From positions 1 to 32,827 of the forward strand of contig JAKACF010000003.1 in assembly GCA_021821585.1 (NCBI GenBank): DNA of 32,827 nt, read 5' to 3'. Numbering within the stretch: the stretch's first letter is position 1; the number at the start of each line of letters is the position of its first letter. The notes under the pieces were generated by a model. That model was not told the origin of the DNA and did no database searches. It saw only the letters and a program-made list of their open reading frames with translations. Below, in pieces: positions 8,056 to 16,004 of the stretch. The stretch comes from Actinomycetes bacterium. GTDB taxonomy: Bacteria > Actinomycetota > Acidimicrobiia > Acidimicrobiales > Bog-793. Position numbers and translations under genes: made by a program.

Positions 8056-8316
8056 GTGAACCCACAGATGTGGTCCTGCACGGTGCTCGGTCACCGCTTC
8101 CGCTTCTCCTCTGAGGGAGCCGAAATGAGATGGGTCTGCGAGCGGGGATGCGGCGCCGGGGGCTCGAAGCACTATCCCGACGCCGACTCCGCCCGCCGCT
8201 ACGCCGCCGCGTTCGACCTCGAGGACCGTGCCTCTCTCGGGCGTAGAGCGCCACTGCTCGGCCTCCTCCCGCTCCGGCTGTGGCGAGCGGCCTCCGACAA
8301 GCGACTGCATCGCTAG
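8056..8316 (+). CDS. Small Cys/His-containing hypothetical protein (possible zinc-ribbon-like)
   Basis: ORF 8056..8316 (GTG; alternative ATG 8068): WSCTVLGHRFRFSSEGAEMRWVCERGCGAGGSKHYPDADSARRYAAAFDLED. It has a C-x4-H...C-x3-C arrangement and reasonable third-position GC. There is no RBS, and the start lies only 14-26 nt from the divergent MFS start, so it may be leaderless. Confidence 0.55.
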   Translation: MNPQMWSCTVLGHRFRFSSEGAEMRWVCERGCGAGGSKHYPDADSARRYAAAFDLEDRASLGRRAPLLGLLPLRLWRAASDKRLHR

Positions 8317-8439
8317 CCCGATACCCCCTCCCGCTCTCGCGTCATGCCTCCCCTCGGGGCGCAGCGGTGCCCGGAGGGTCAGCACTCCTTCACGCCGGAC
8401 CGGTGAGTCACCGCCGCTGCGGGCGACGTCAGGCGGCTG

Positions 8440-10173
8440 TCAGAGCCGCTTCAGCACCACGAGGCAGCAGTCGTCCTCGGGCGCCTCGCACAGCTGCCCG
8501 ATGATGGCGTCCGCCAGCGCGTCGGCGGCCTGGTCCCAGCTCTCCTCGACGAGGGTGCGCAGCGCCTCGAGCCGGGCGTCGATCTCCCCCCGCCGGCGCT
8601 CGACGACGCCGTCGGTGAACAGCACGAGCCCCGAGCCGGGCGCCAAGGCGACGACGTCCTCGCCGAGCTCGCCGACCGACCTGCACCCGAGCGGCGGCGC
8701 CCGGCGGGTCGCGAGGTAGCCGGCGCCCTCCGGGCCGAACGCGAGGGGCGGGAGGTGGCCTGCCGACGACCAGGTCACCGTGCCGGTCGCCACGTCGAGG
8801 ATGCCGTAGAGGGCGGTCGCGAGGGCGTCGGCCGAGGTGGTCGCGATCAACCGGTCGAGGCCGCAGAGCAGCTCGCGGGGCCCGTCGCCGCCGACGGCGA
8901 AGGCGCGGGCGGCGCTGCGCAGCTCGGCCATGAGCGACGCCGCCTCGATGCCGTGGCCGGCCGAGTCACCGACGCCGACGAGGAAGCGGCCGTCGCCGAT
9001 CGGGAGCAGCTCGAACCAGTCGCCGGCGACGGGGCTTCCCGCCGGGAGGTAGCGGGCGGCGGTCTCGAAGTCCTCCAGCCGGACCTCCCCGGTCGGAAGC
9101 AGGGCCCTCGTGAGCAGCTCGGCGATCCGCTGCTCGGCCCGGAACCGATCGGCGTTGGCGAGCGCGATGCCGGCTCTGGCGGCGAGACCCTCCGCCGCGT
9201 GGAGGAGCGCCGGTCCCGGAGCGTCCCGCCAACGGTCCGACACGAGGCTCATCACCCCGACGACGCTTCCGGCCGCCTTCACCGGGACGGCGAGGGCCGA
9301 CCACTGCCCCTGCTCGGCGGCGGCGAGCAGGGGCTCGGGCTCGAGAGCCGGATAGGCGGCGGCGGCGATCTCTGCGGTGACGCGGCTGATCACCTGGACC
9401 TGTCCGCTCCGGAAGGCCGCCGCCAGCAGCGACGAGGCCGCCACCGGCACACGCGAGAACGACCGGAGCGTCGCCACGAGCGGGTTCTCCTCGCTGACCG
9501 CGAGGGCGACCCGGCGCAGCTCCTCGCCTTCGAGGACGTACACGGCGCACCACGGCGCGAGCCGCGGCACCGCCAGGGTGGCGAGGCGCGAGACGATCTC
9601 GTCCGGGTCGATCTCGCTCACCATCAGCCTCGTCCCCTCGCCGAGCAGGGCCAGGATCTCCCGCTCCTGCCGCTCGGCCTCGACGACGAGCGCGGCGTCG
9701 AGAACGGCGGTGCACTGGTGGGCGACGACCTCGAGCAGCAGGAGCCGCTCGGGCGGGATCGTCTGTGGCGTGACGTAGCCGAGCGACAGCACGCCGGTCA
9801 TGCTCCCTCTGGCGACGAGGGGGAGCACGACCCACGAGGGCTGATCGCCGAGCACCGGTTCGGCCGCCACGCCCCCGTCCGCCGACGGCGGCCACACGAA
9901 CGGGACACCGGCGGCGAGCGCCTCGTCGAGCGGGCCGCCTCCGCCTCCTGCCAACCCGGGCCAGGGGGACGGGTCCGGGGCGGGCGGGGGTCCGGCCGCC
10001 GCCAGCAGGCGCATCCTCCCCGTGCCCTCGAGGACCCCGACCGCCGCGCCGGAGGCTCCGAGCAGGTCGCAGGCGACCCGCACCATCGCCCCGGCCACCT
10101 CGGCGACGCCGTCGGCGGCCGCGAGCAGACCGGCGATGTGGCGCACCGTCGCCAACTGGTCCTTGGACGACAC
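8440..10173 (-). CDS. GAF-domain-containing PP2C/SpoIIE-family serine phosphatase (RsbU-like)
   Basis: ORF 8440..10173. The C-terminal ~200 aa are typical PP2C/SpoIIE: AGDWFELLPIGDGRFLVGVGDSAGHGIEAASLMAELR...LATALYGILD...WSSAGHLPPL...LVLFTDGVVE. The N-terminal ~350 aa are Ala/Leu/Val-rich with two GAF-like regions. Confidence 0.85.
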   Translation of the reverse strand: MSSKDQLATVRHIAGLLAAADGVAEVAGAMVRVACDLLGASGAAVGVLEGTGRMRLLAAAGPPPAPDPSPWPGLAGGGGGPLDEALAAGVPFVWPPSADGGVAAEPVLGDQPSWVVLPLVARGSMTGVLSLGYVTPQTIPPERLLLLEVVAHQCTAVLDAALVVEAERQEREILALLGEGTRLMVSEIDPDEIVSRLATLAVPRLAPWCAVYVLEGEELRRVALAVSEENPLVATLRSFSRVPVAASSLLAAAFRSGQVQVISRVTAEIAAAAYPALEPEPLLAAAEQGQWSALAVPVKAAGSVVGVMSLVSDRWRDAPGPALLHAAEGLAARAGIALANADRFRAEQRIAELLTRALLPTGEVRLEDFETAARYLPAGSPVAGDWFELLPIGDGRFLVGVGDSAGHGIEAASLMAELRSAARAFAVGGDGPRELLCGLDRLIATTSADALATALYGILDVATGTVTWSSAGHLPPLAFGPEGAGYLATRRAPPLGCRSVGELGEDVVALAPGSGLVLFTDGVVERRRGEIDARLEALRTLVEESWDQAADALADAIIGQLCEAPEDDCCLVVLKRL

Positions 10174-10341
10174 CTCGTTCGGTCCCCAGCCTGCCCCTCG
10201 GTACCGGCCTGTTCCGGCGTCCGACCATCGTTGCGCCGGCGACCCGCTGTGTCAACGAGGCGCCGGGCTTGGTGACCTTCGGCCCTGGCCCGGCGGGCGC
10301 GGCGGCCCGATGCTGGGAGTGTCGACACCAAGGAGGCGGCG

Positions 10342-11064
10342 ATGAAGGTCGCGCAGGTGATGACGAGCAAGGTCGAGACCGCCGGCGCCGGCACGCCCTA
10401 CAAGGACGTCGTCGAGCGCCTGGTCCGCGCCGGGGTGAGCTCGATCCCGGTCGTCGACGACGAGAGCCACCTCGTCGGCATCGTGACCGAGGCGGACCTG
10501 ATCTCGAAGGAAGCCTTCCCCGCCGTCCACCACCGGGGCATCGCCGCCATGTTCGAGGTGCTCTCCGGCTCGTCCAAGGAGTGGCTCTCCAAGGCCGAGG
10601 CGGCGACGGCGGCCGACTTGATGACGCGCGACCCGGTCACCTGCTCACCCGACGAGGACGTCCGCGTTGCCGCCCGCCGGATGCTGCGCGAGAAAGTCAA
10701 GCGGCTGCCGGTGGTCGAGCACGGGGTGCTCGTCGGCATCGTCTCCCGCCACGACCTGCTCAGCGTCTACGACCGCCCCGACGCCGAGATCTGCGCCGAG
10801 GTCCGCCGGCTGCTGCACGAGAGCGCCGAGAGGCCCGAGGACGGCTCCATCTCCTGCTCGGTCTCCGACGGCGTCGTCGTCCTGCAGGGCGATCTTCGCT
10901 ACCAGTCCGACGCCGGCGTCGTCGTCGCCCTCGCCCGCGAGGTCCCCGGCGTGGTCGACGTCGTGAGCCACCTCCACGGCCGCGAGGCGAACCCCCGCCA
11001 TGACAGCAGGGAGTTCGAGCCCGACCCGAGCGACTCCTGGAAGCGGACCTTCGACTCGCACTGA
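10342..11064 (+). CDS. CBS-pair plus BON domain protein (Hrp1/Rv2626c-like CBS module with C-terminal BON)
   Basis: ATG 10342 is preceded by CAAGGAGGCGGCG. CBS repeats: VAQVMTSKVETAGAGTPYKDVVERLVRAGVSSIPVVDDESHLVGIVTEADLI and LMTRDPVTCSPDEDVRVAARRMLREKVKRLPVVEHGVLVGIVSRHDLL. BON-like C-terminus: ISCSVSDGVVVLQGDLRYQSDAGVVVALAREVPGVVDVVSHL. Confidence 0.85.
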   Translation: MKVAQVMTSKVETAGAGTPYKDVVERLVRAGVSSIPVVDDESHLVGIVTEADLISKEAFPAVHHRGIAAMFEVLSGSSKEWLSKAEAATAADLMTRDPVTCSPDEDVRVAARRMLREKVKRLPVVEHGVLVGIVSRHDLLSVYDRPDAEICAEVRRLLHESAERPEDGSISCSVSDGVVVLQGDLRYQSDAGVVVALAREVPGVVDVVSHLHGREANPRHDSREFEPDPSDSWKRTFDSH

Positions 11065-11085
11065 GCGGCCCCCCACCGGCTCGTG

Positions 11086-11727
11086 TCAGTACCCCCGCGC
11101 CACCCACTCCTCGAGATGGGGCGCCTCCTCGCCGATCGTCGTCTCCTCGCCGTGGCCGGTGAGGACCCTCGTCTCCCCGGGCAGGACGAGCAGGCGTGAG
11201 CGGATCGACTCGATGATGGTCGGGAAGTCCGAGAAGCTGCGACCGGTCGCGCCCGGCCCTCCACGGAACAAGGTGTCGCCGGAGAAGAGCACCTTCGAGG
11301 CGCGCAGGTGCAGGCAGCAGCCGCCGGGCGTGTGCCCGGGTGTGTGCAGCACCTCGAGCTCGACGCCCCCGGCCCGGAGGACCGAGCCGCCGAGGAGCTC
11401 GCCGTCGGGGTCGGGTCCCGACGGGTAGGTCATGGCCCACAGCGGCAGGTCGGCCGGGTGCAAGAGCACGGGGGCCCCGAGCTCCCGGGCGAGGGGGACG
11501 GCCGCGTTCACGTGGTCGTTGTGGCCGTGGGTGGCGACGATGGCGACCACGCGGCGGCCTCCCACCGCGGCGGCGATCTCGTCCGGGCGGTGGGGCGCGT
11601 CGACGACGAGCACCTCCTCGTCGGAGCCGACGAGGAAGACGTTGTTCTCCACTTCGAAGTCCTCGCCGTCGAGCGAGAAGACCCCGGAGGTCGACAGGTG
11701 CCCGATGTGGTCCAGGAGCTCGATCAT
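11086..11727 (-). CDS. MBL-fold metallo-hydrolase (glyoxalase II-like)
   Basis: ORF 11086..11727 has the HxHxDH zinc motif in VATHGHNDHVNAA, plus later HTPGHTPG and TGHG histidines typical of the beta-lactamase fold. Confidence 0.85.
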   Translation of the reverse strand: MIELLDHIGHLSTSGVFSLDGEDFEVENNVFLVGSDEEVLVVDAPHRPDEIAAAVGGRRVVAIVATHGHNDHVNAAVPLARELGAPVLLHPADLPLWAMTYPSGPDPDGELLGGSVLRAGGVELEVLHTPGHTPGGCCLHLRASKVLFSGDTLFRGGPGATGRSFSDFPTIIESIRSRLLVLPGETRVLTGHGEETTIGEEAPHLEEWVARGY

Positions 11728-11866
11728 CCGGCGAAGCTAGCCGTCCTCCCCCGCGCTCAGGTCCTTCGGCCCTGGGCGAGCCGGCACCGGCGGTCGAGCA
11801 TGGGTCAGGACACGAGCACCACGGCGCTCGCCCGAGGCAGCGAGGACGCGCCGGGGAGGAGGACAG

Positions 11867-13075
11867 ATGCGACCGAGCAGGATCTCACTGGTCGTCGCGG
11901 GCGGCGTTCTGCTGGTCGGCGCCGGGCTCTGGAGCCTGCTTGCCGTACCGGCTCTCGTCAAGTTCCCGCTCTCGACCGACGCCGTGCTGCACTACGACGG
12001 CCACTTCGTCACCTTCGTCGACCAGGCGACCGGCCGGACGCTGCCGTCGGCCTCCAGCGCACCGCTCACGGTGCGCCGCCACATCGCAGCCGTGCCCTCG
12101 GCGAGCACCTCCAGTGTCGCCGTCGTCGACGAACAGCTGGCCCTCAGCTTCGGCGGCCGGTCGGTCAGCGAGCACAACCGTTACGCCCTCGACCGCCGGA
12201 CGATGGAGAACGTCTCGAGCGACCAGGCCTACACCTTCGCCCCGGCCAACCCGGGGGCCGTCGCCGGCAGCTACTACATCACCCTGCCGATGAACCTCGG
12301 GCCGGACTCGAGCGGCCTTCGCATCTTCAAGCCGGAGACCGGGACGACCTATCCCCTCGTCCCCCTCGCCGACGGGCACCAGCCGGCGACGCTCGACGGC
12401 TTGCCGGTGCAGTGGTTCTCGGGGACCCTCCCCATGACGCCGGTCGCGTCCTACGAGCGCGCCAACCTCGCTGCCCAGGGCCTGCCGATGACGGTGCCAC
12501 CCGCCCGCATCGAAGCGGGGCTGGCGGCGGCCGGAATCTCGGTCCCCGCCCTCACGAGGGTCCTCGCCCCGGTGCTCACCCCCGCCGAGACGACGAGGGT
12601 GGCGACGGTGCTCGCCTCGCGGGTCCGCCTTGACTACTACGCCTACGGCACGGGCCTCGTCGCCGCCGAACCGCGCTCGGGCCAGATCATCGAGTTGAAG
12701 AACGTCGTCGACGGCATCGCCTTCAAGCCGGCGACCGGCGGCATCTCGACCCTCGTCTCGGTGCTCGACCGACACCGTTCGCTCCCCGGTGTGCCGGCCG
12801 CCCTCCGGGCGCTCCGGGCGCTCGTCTCGGCACCGCCTCAGGCCGTCTACCAGCTCACCTACACCGAGACGCCCGCCAGCGTGGCCTCGATGGTCGACAC
12901 GGCCAACAGCCAGCTGACCGGCATCGAGGTCGTGACCGAGGTCGTGCCGATCTCCGCCGCCGTCCTCGGAGCGCTGCTCGTCATCCTCGGCCTCGGCCTC
13001 GCCGCGATGGACCGGCGCCGGCTGACCGCCCCCGGCGCCCCCGGGGAGGCGGGCACCGCCCGGGAGGCAGCATGA
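11867..13075 (+). CDS. DUF3068 (PorA-family)-like membrane-anchored protein
   Basis: ATG 11867 is preceded by GGGGAGGAGGA. N-terminal TM then family-like MRPSRISLVVAGGVLLVGAGLWSLLAVPALVKFPLSTDAVLHYDG. C-terminal TM VVPISAAVLGALLVILGLGLAAM. The stop overlaps the next start (ATGA at 13072-13075). The CDS is firm; the family assignment is from memory of the N-terminal pattern only. Confidence 0.7.
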   Translation: MRPSRISLVVAGGVLLVGAGLWSLLAVPALVKFPLSTDAVLHYDGHFVTFVDQATGRTLPSASSAPLTVRRHIAAVPSASTSSVAVVDEQLALSFGGRSVSEHNRYALDRRTMENVSSDQAYTFAPANPGAVAGSYYITLPMNLGPDSSGLRIFKPETGTTYPLVPLADGHQPATLDGLPVQWFSGTLPMTPVASYERANLAAQGLPMTVPPARIEAGLAAAGISVPALTRVLAPVLTPAETTRVATVLASRVRLDYYAYGTGLVAAEPRSGQIIELKNVVDGIAFKPATGGISTLVSVLDRHRSLPGVPAALRALRALVSAPPQAVYQLTYTETPASVASMVDTANSQLTGIEVVTEVVPISAAVLGALLVILGLGLAAMDRRRLTAPGAPGEAGTAREAA

Positions 13076-14514
13076 GCGGAGCGCCGGCACTGATGCAGCC
13101 GGCCGACTCGATCCTCTGGCGCATCGAGCGCGACGCCGTGCTGCGCTCGACCATCACCGCCGTCACGCTGCTCGACCGGGCCCCGGACTGGGCGCGGCTG
13201 CGACGTCGCATGGACGAGGCGGTCGACATGATCCCCCGTCTCCGCCAGGTCGTGGCGGAGCCCGCCTGGCCGGTCGGGTCGCCGCACTGGGCTCCGGCCG
13301 AGGAGTTCGACCTCGACTACCACCTCCGCCAACTCTCCCTCCCCGACGAGCCGGGCCTCGGCGCCGTGCTCGACTTCGCCGCCCGGGAGGCGATGAAGGG
13401 ATTCGACCACACCCGCCCGCTGTGGGAGTTCACTCTGGTGAGGGGGCTCTCCGGCGGCCAGGCCGCCCTCGTCGAGAAGTTCCACCATGCCGTCACCGAC
13501 GGGCTCGGCGGCATGCAGCTCGCCCTGCAGGTGCTCGACGCCTCGCGGGACGCCGCCGACCTCGTGGCGGCGGTGCGGGGAGCAGAGCTGCACGCCCCCG
13601 CCGACGGCCGGACCCTTCGCCGGGCCACCGCCGCCGCGCGGGCCGCCGCCGCCCTCGAGGCCGACCTCGTCCGGACCGTCGTCCGGGCCGGCACGATGCC
13701 CGTGCGCTCGACCCGCGAGCTCCTCGACGCCGCCCGATGGGCGGCCCGCCTGCTCGCCCCGACCGGAGCGCCGCTCTCCCCCCTCATGCTCCGGCGGAGC
13801 ACCCGGCTGCGTTTCGCTGCATTCGACACCGACCTCGACCGGCTCCGCCAGGCCGCCCATCGTGCCGGGGGCTCCCTCAACGACGCCTTCGTGGCAGCGG
13901 TGGTCGCCGGCCTGCGGCGGTACCACGAGGCGCAGGGCGCACGCGTCTCGCGGCTGCGCATGACCCTGCCGGTCAGCATCCGCCGCCCCGGGGACCCGCT
14001 CGAGCAGAACCGCTTCACGCCCGTCCGCTTCGTCGTCCCGGTGCTCGCCTCGGACGACAGCCCTGCCCTCGCCGTCCAGGCCATCTCGGCCATCATCCGC
14101 AGCTGGCGGGAGGGCCCCGCCCTCGGGCTGAGCGACGGCCTCGCCCACCTGCTGAACGCGCTCCCGACCGAGGCCGTCAGCCGGGTCTTCGGTGCGCTCT
14201 TGAAGAACGTCGACTTCGTCGCCACGAACGTCCCCGGCCTCCCGGTCCCCTACTACCTCGCCGGCGCAAAGCTCGTCGGCCAGTACGCCTTCGCCCCGCC
14301 GAGCGGCGCCGCCCTCAACGTCGCCCTCGTCTCCCACCTCGACCGCGTGTGCGTCGGGGTGAACATGGATCCCGCCGCGGTCACCGACACCCCGCTCATG
14401 GCGCGCTCGCTCGAGGAGGGCTTCGCCGAGGTCCTGGACGGCCCGACGGCACGGCGGAGCGCTGCGCACCGCCGGCCGGGCAGCCCGCCGCAGGCGGAGG
14501 GAGCCGGCTCGTGA
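13072..14514 (+). CDS. Wax ester synthase/diacylglycerol acyltransferase (WS/DGAT) family protein
   Basis: ORF 13072..14514. Catalytic HHxxxDG motif in VEKFHHAVTDGLGG. C-terminal block NVPGLPVPYYLAGAKLV is typical of WS/DGAT. ATGA overlap with the upstream gene; RBS GGGAGG. Confidence 0.9.
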   Translation: MSGAPALMQPADSILWRIERDAVLRSTITAVTLLDRAPDWARLRRRMDEAVDMIPRLRQVVAEPAWPVGSPHWAPAEEFDLDYHLRQLSLPDEPGLGAVLDFAAREAMKGFDHTRPLWEFTLVRGLSGGQAALVEKFHHAVTDGLGGMQLALQVLDASRDAADLVAAVRGAELHAPADGRTLRRATAAARAAAALEADLVRTVVRAGTMPVRSTRELLDAARWAARLLAPTGAPLSPLMLRRSTRLRFAAFDTDLDRLRQAAHRAGGSLNDAFVAAVVAGLRRYHEAQGARVSRLRMTLPVSIRRPGDPLEQNRFTPVRFVVPVLASDDSPALAVQAISAIIRSWREGPALGLSDGLAHLLNALPTEAVSRVFGALLKNVDFVATNVPGLPVPYYLAGAKLVGQYAFAPPSGAALNVALVSHLDRVCVGVNMDPAAVTDTPLMARSLEEGFAEVLDGPTARRSAAHRRPGSPPQAEGAGS

Positions 14515-16004
14515 AGCTCGTCGACAAGCTCGTCCACCTCGAGCGCACCACCTCGCTCGACGCCGGCTTCCTCACCCTCGAGGGCCCGGCGACGCCGATG
14601 CACATCGGCTCGCTCACCTACCTCGAGGCGGCTCCGCTGCGCGACCGCCAGGGCAGGATCCGCCTCGGGGACCTGCGCCGCCTCGTCGAGGAGCGGCTCT
14701 CGCTCGCCCCGCGGTTCCGCCAGCGGCCAGTCCCCGGACCGCTCGGGCTCGGCCGTCCGATCTGGGTCGACGACCCCCACTTCGAGGTGGCGAACCACGT
14801 CAACGAGGTCGTGCTGCCCCCTCCCGGGTCCGAACAGCAGCTGCGCGAGCTCGTCGCCCAGCTCATGATGCGTCTCCTCGACCGCTCGCGCCCGCTCTGG
14901 GAGCTGTGGGTCGTGGACGGCCTGGCCGACGGGAACGTGGCCCTCGTCGAGAAGGTCCACCACGTGATGATGGACGGGGTGAGCGGCGTCGACGTCGTGA
15001 TGCTGCTCACCGACGACAACCCGGCCACCGGGCGGCGCCGTGGCCGGGCGGGCACGCCCGCGCCCCCGAAGGCCGGTCCCGGCCGGCCGGGGACCCTTCC
15101 CCTGCTCCTCGCCGGGGCCGCCGACGAACTGGGCGTGCCGCTGGCGCTCGCCGGCATGCCGTTCCGCCTCGCCCGGCTGGCAGCGGGCGCGCTGGCCCAC
15201 CCCTCCCGCCTCCCCGCCCTGAAGGACCAGGTCTTCCGCGTCGGCGAGATCACGAGCGGCTCGCTCTCGCTCATCCGCCGCAACGTCATCGCCCCGCGCA
15301 CCGCCCTCAACGAGCCCGTCACGAACGCCCGGACCTACGACCATGTCGAGTGGCCGCTCGAGGCGGCGCAGGCGGTCGCCCGCAGCTTCGGCTGCACGCT
15401 GAACGACGTCCTGCTCACGGCGGTGACCGGTGGGGTCCGCCAGCTCCTGCTCAGCCGGGAGCAGGACCCCGGCGAGCGCTTCCAGGTCGCCGTGCCGGTC
15501 TCGACCCGGGGCGCCGCCGAGCACCTCGCCCTCGGCAACCGCGTGGCGCTCTTCCTCGTCCCGCTGCCCGTCGCCATGGCGGACGAGGTGCTCCAGCTCG
15601 AGACGGTGCAGCAGCTCACCCGCCGGCGCAAGGAGGAGGGCCAGGCGGGCGCGATCGCAGCGCTCCTCTCGGCGGCGGACCGCTGGCCGACCCCGGTCGT
15701 CGAGCTCATCGCCCGCCTCACCCACCACCAGCCCTTCGCCAACGCCGTCGTCACGAACGTCCCCGGCCCGGCACACCGCCGTTATCTGATGGGCGCCCGC
15801 GTCCGGCGCCTCGCCCCCGTCGTCCCCCTCGCCGGCAACCTCGACCTGAGCATCTGCATGTTCTCCTACGACGGGGAGCTCTCCTTCGGCTGCCTGGCCG
15901 ATGCCGAGCGGGTGCCGGACGTCCGCCTCGTCGGCGACGGGATCCGGGCGACCCTCGAGTCGCTCGAGGTGGCGGCCTCGCAGCTGAAAGGAGTGGCCTC
16001 ATGA
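14511..16004 (+). CDS. Wax ester synthase/diacylglycerol acyltransferase (WS/DGAT) family protein, second paralogue
   Basis: GTG 14511 overlaps the upstream stop (GTGA). In-frame part of track ORF 13422..16004 from VKLVDKLVHLERTTSLDAGFLTLEGPATPMHIGSL. HHxxxDG motif in VEKVHHVMMDGVSG. C-terminal NVPGPAHRRYLMGARV. Confidence 0.9.
   Translation: MKLVDKLVHLERTTSLDAGFLTLEGPATPMHIGSLTYLEAAPLRDRQGRIRLGDLRRLVEERLSLAPRFRQRPVPGPLGLGRPIWVDDPHFEVANHVNEVVLPPPGSEQQLRELVAQLMMRLLDRSRPLWELWVVDGLADGNVALVEKVHHVMMDGVSGVDVVMLLTDDNPATGRRRGRAGTPAPPKAGPGRPGTLPLLLAGAADELGVPLALAGMPFRLARLAAGALAHPSRLPALKDQVFRVGEITSGSLSLIRRNVIAPRTALNEPVTNARTYDHVEWPLEAAQAVARSFGCTLNDVLLTAVTGGVRQLLLSREQDPGERFQVAVPVSTRGAAEHLALGNRVALFLVPLPVAMADEVLQLETVQQLTRRRKEEGQAGAIAALLSAADRWPTPVVELIARLTHHQPFANAVVTNVPGPAHRRYLMGARVRRLAPVVPLAGNLDLSICMFSYDGELSFGCLADAERVPDVRLVGDGIRATLESLEVAASQLKGVAS

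Noticed and set aside
5657-8059. 800-aa plus-strand ORF. The similar long ORFs 186..1688, 1574..3115, 1900..3795, 5029..6600 and 6198..7964 belong to the same class.
   Set aside because: All overlap genes with clear family motifs on the other strand or in another frame (histidine kinase, two MFS transporters, IMPase). All have extreme Arg/Pro/Gly/Ala composition and no domain signatures.
8425-8455. Short hairpin GCGGCT-gtcag-AGCCGC spanning the PP2C stop codon, and a weak stem at 25620-25645 between the convergent potA-like and tetR genes, considered as terminators
   Set aside because: The stems are only 6-7 bp with no U-tract, and many such stems occur by chance at this GC content. This is not enough to annotate a terminator.
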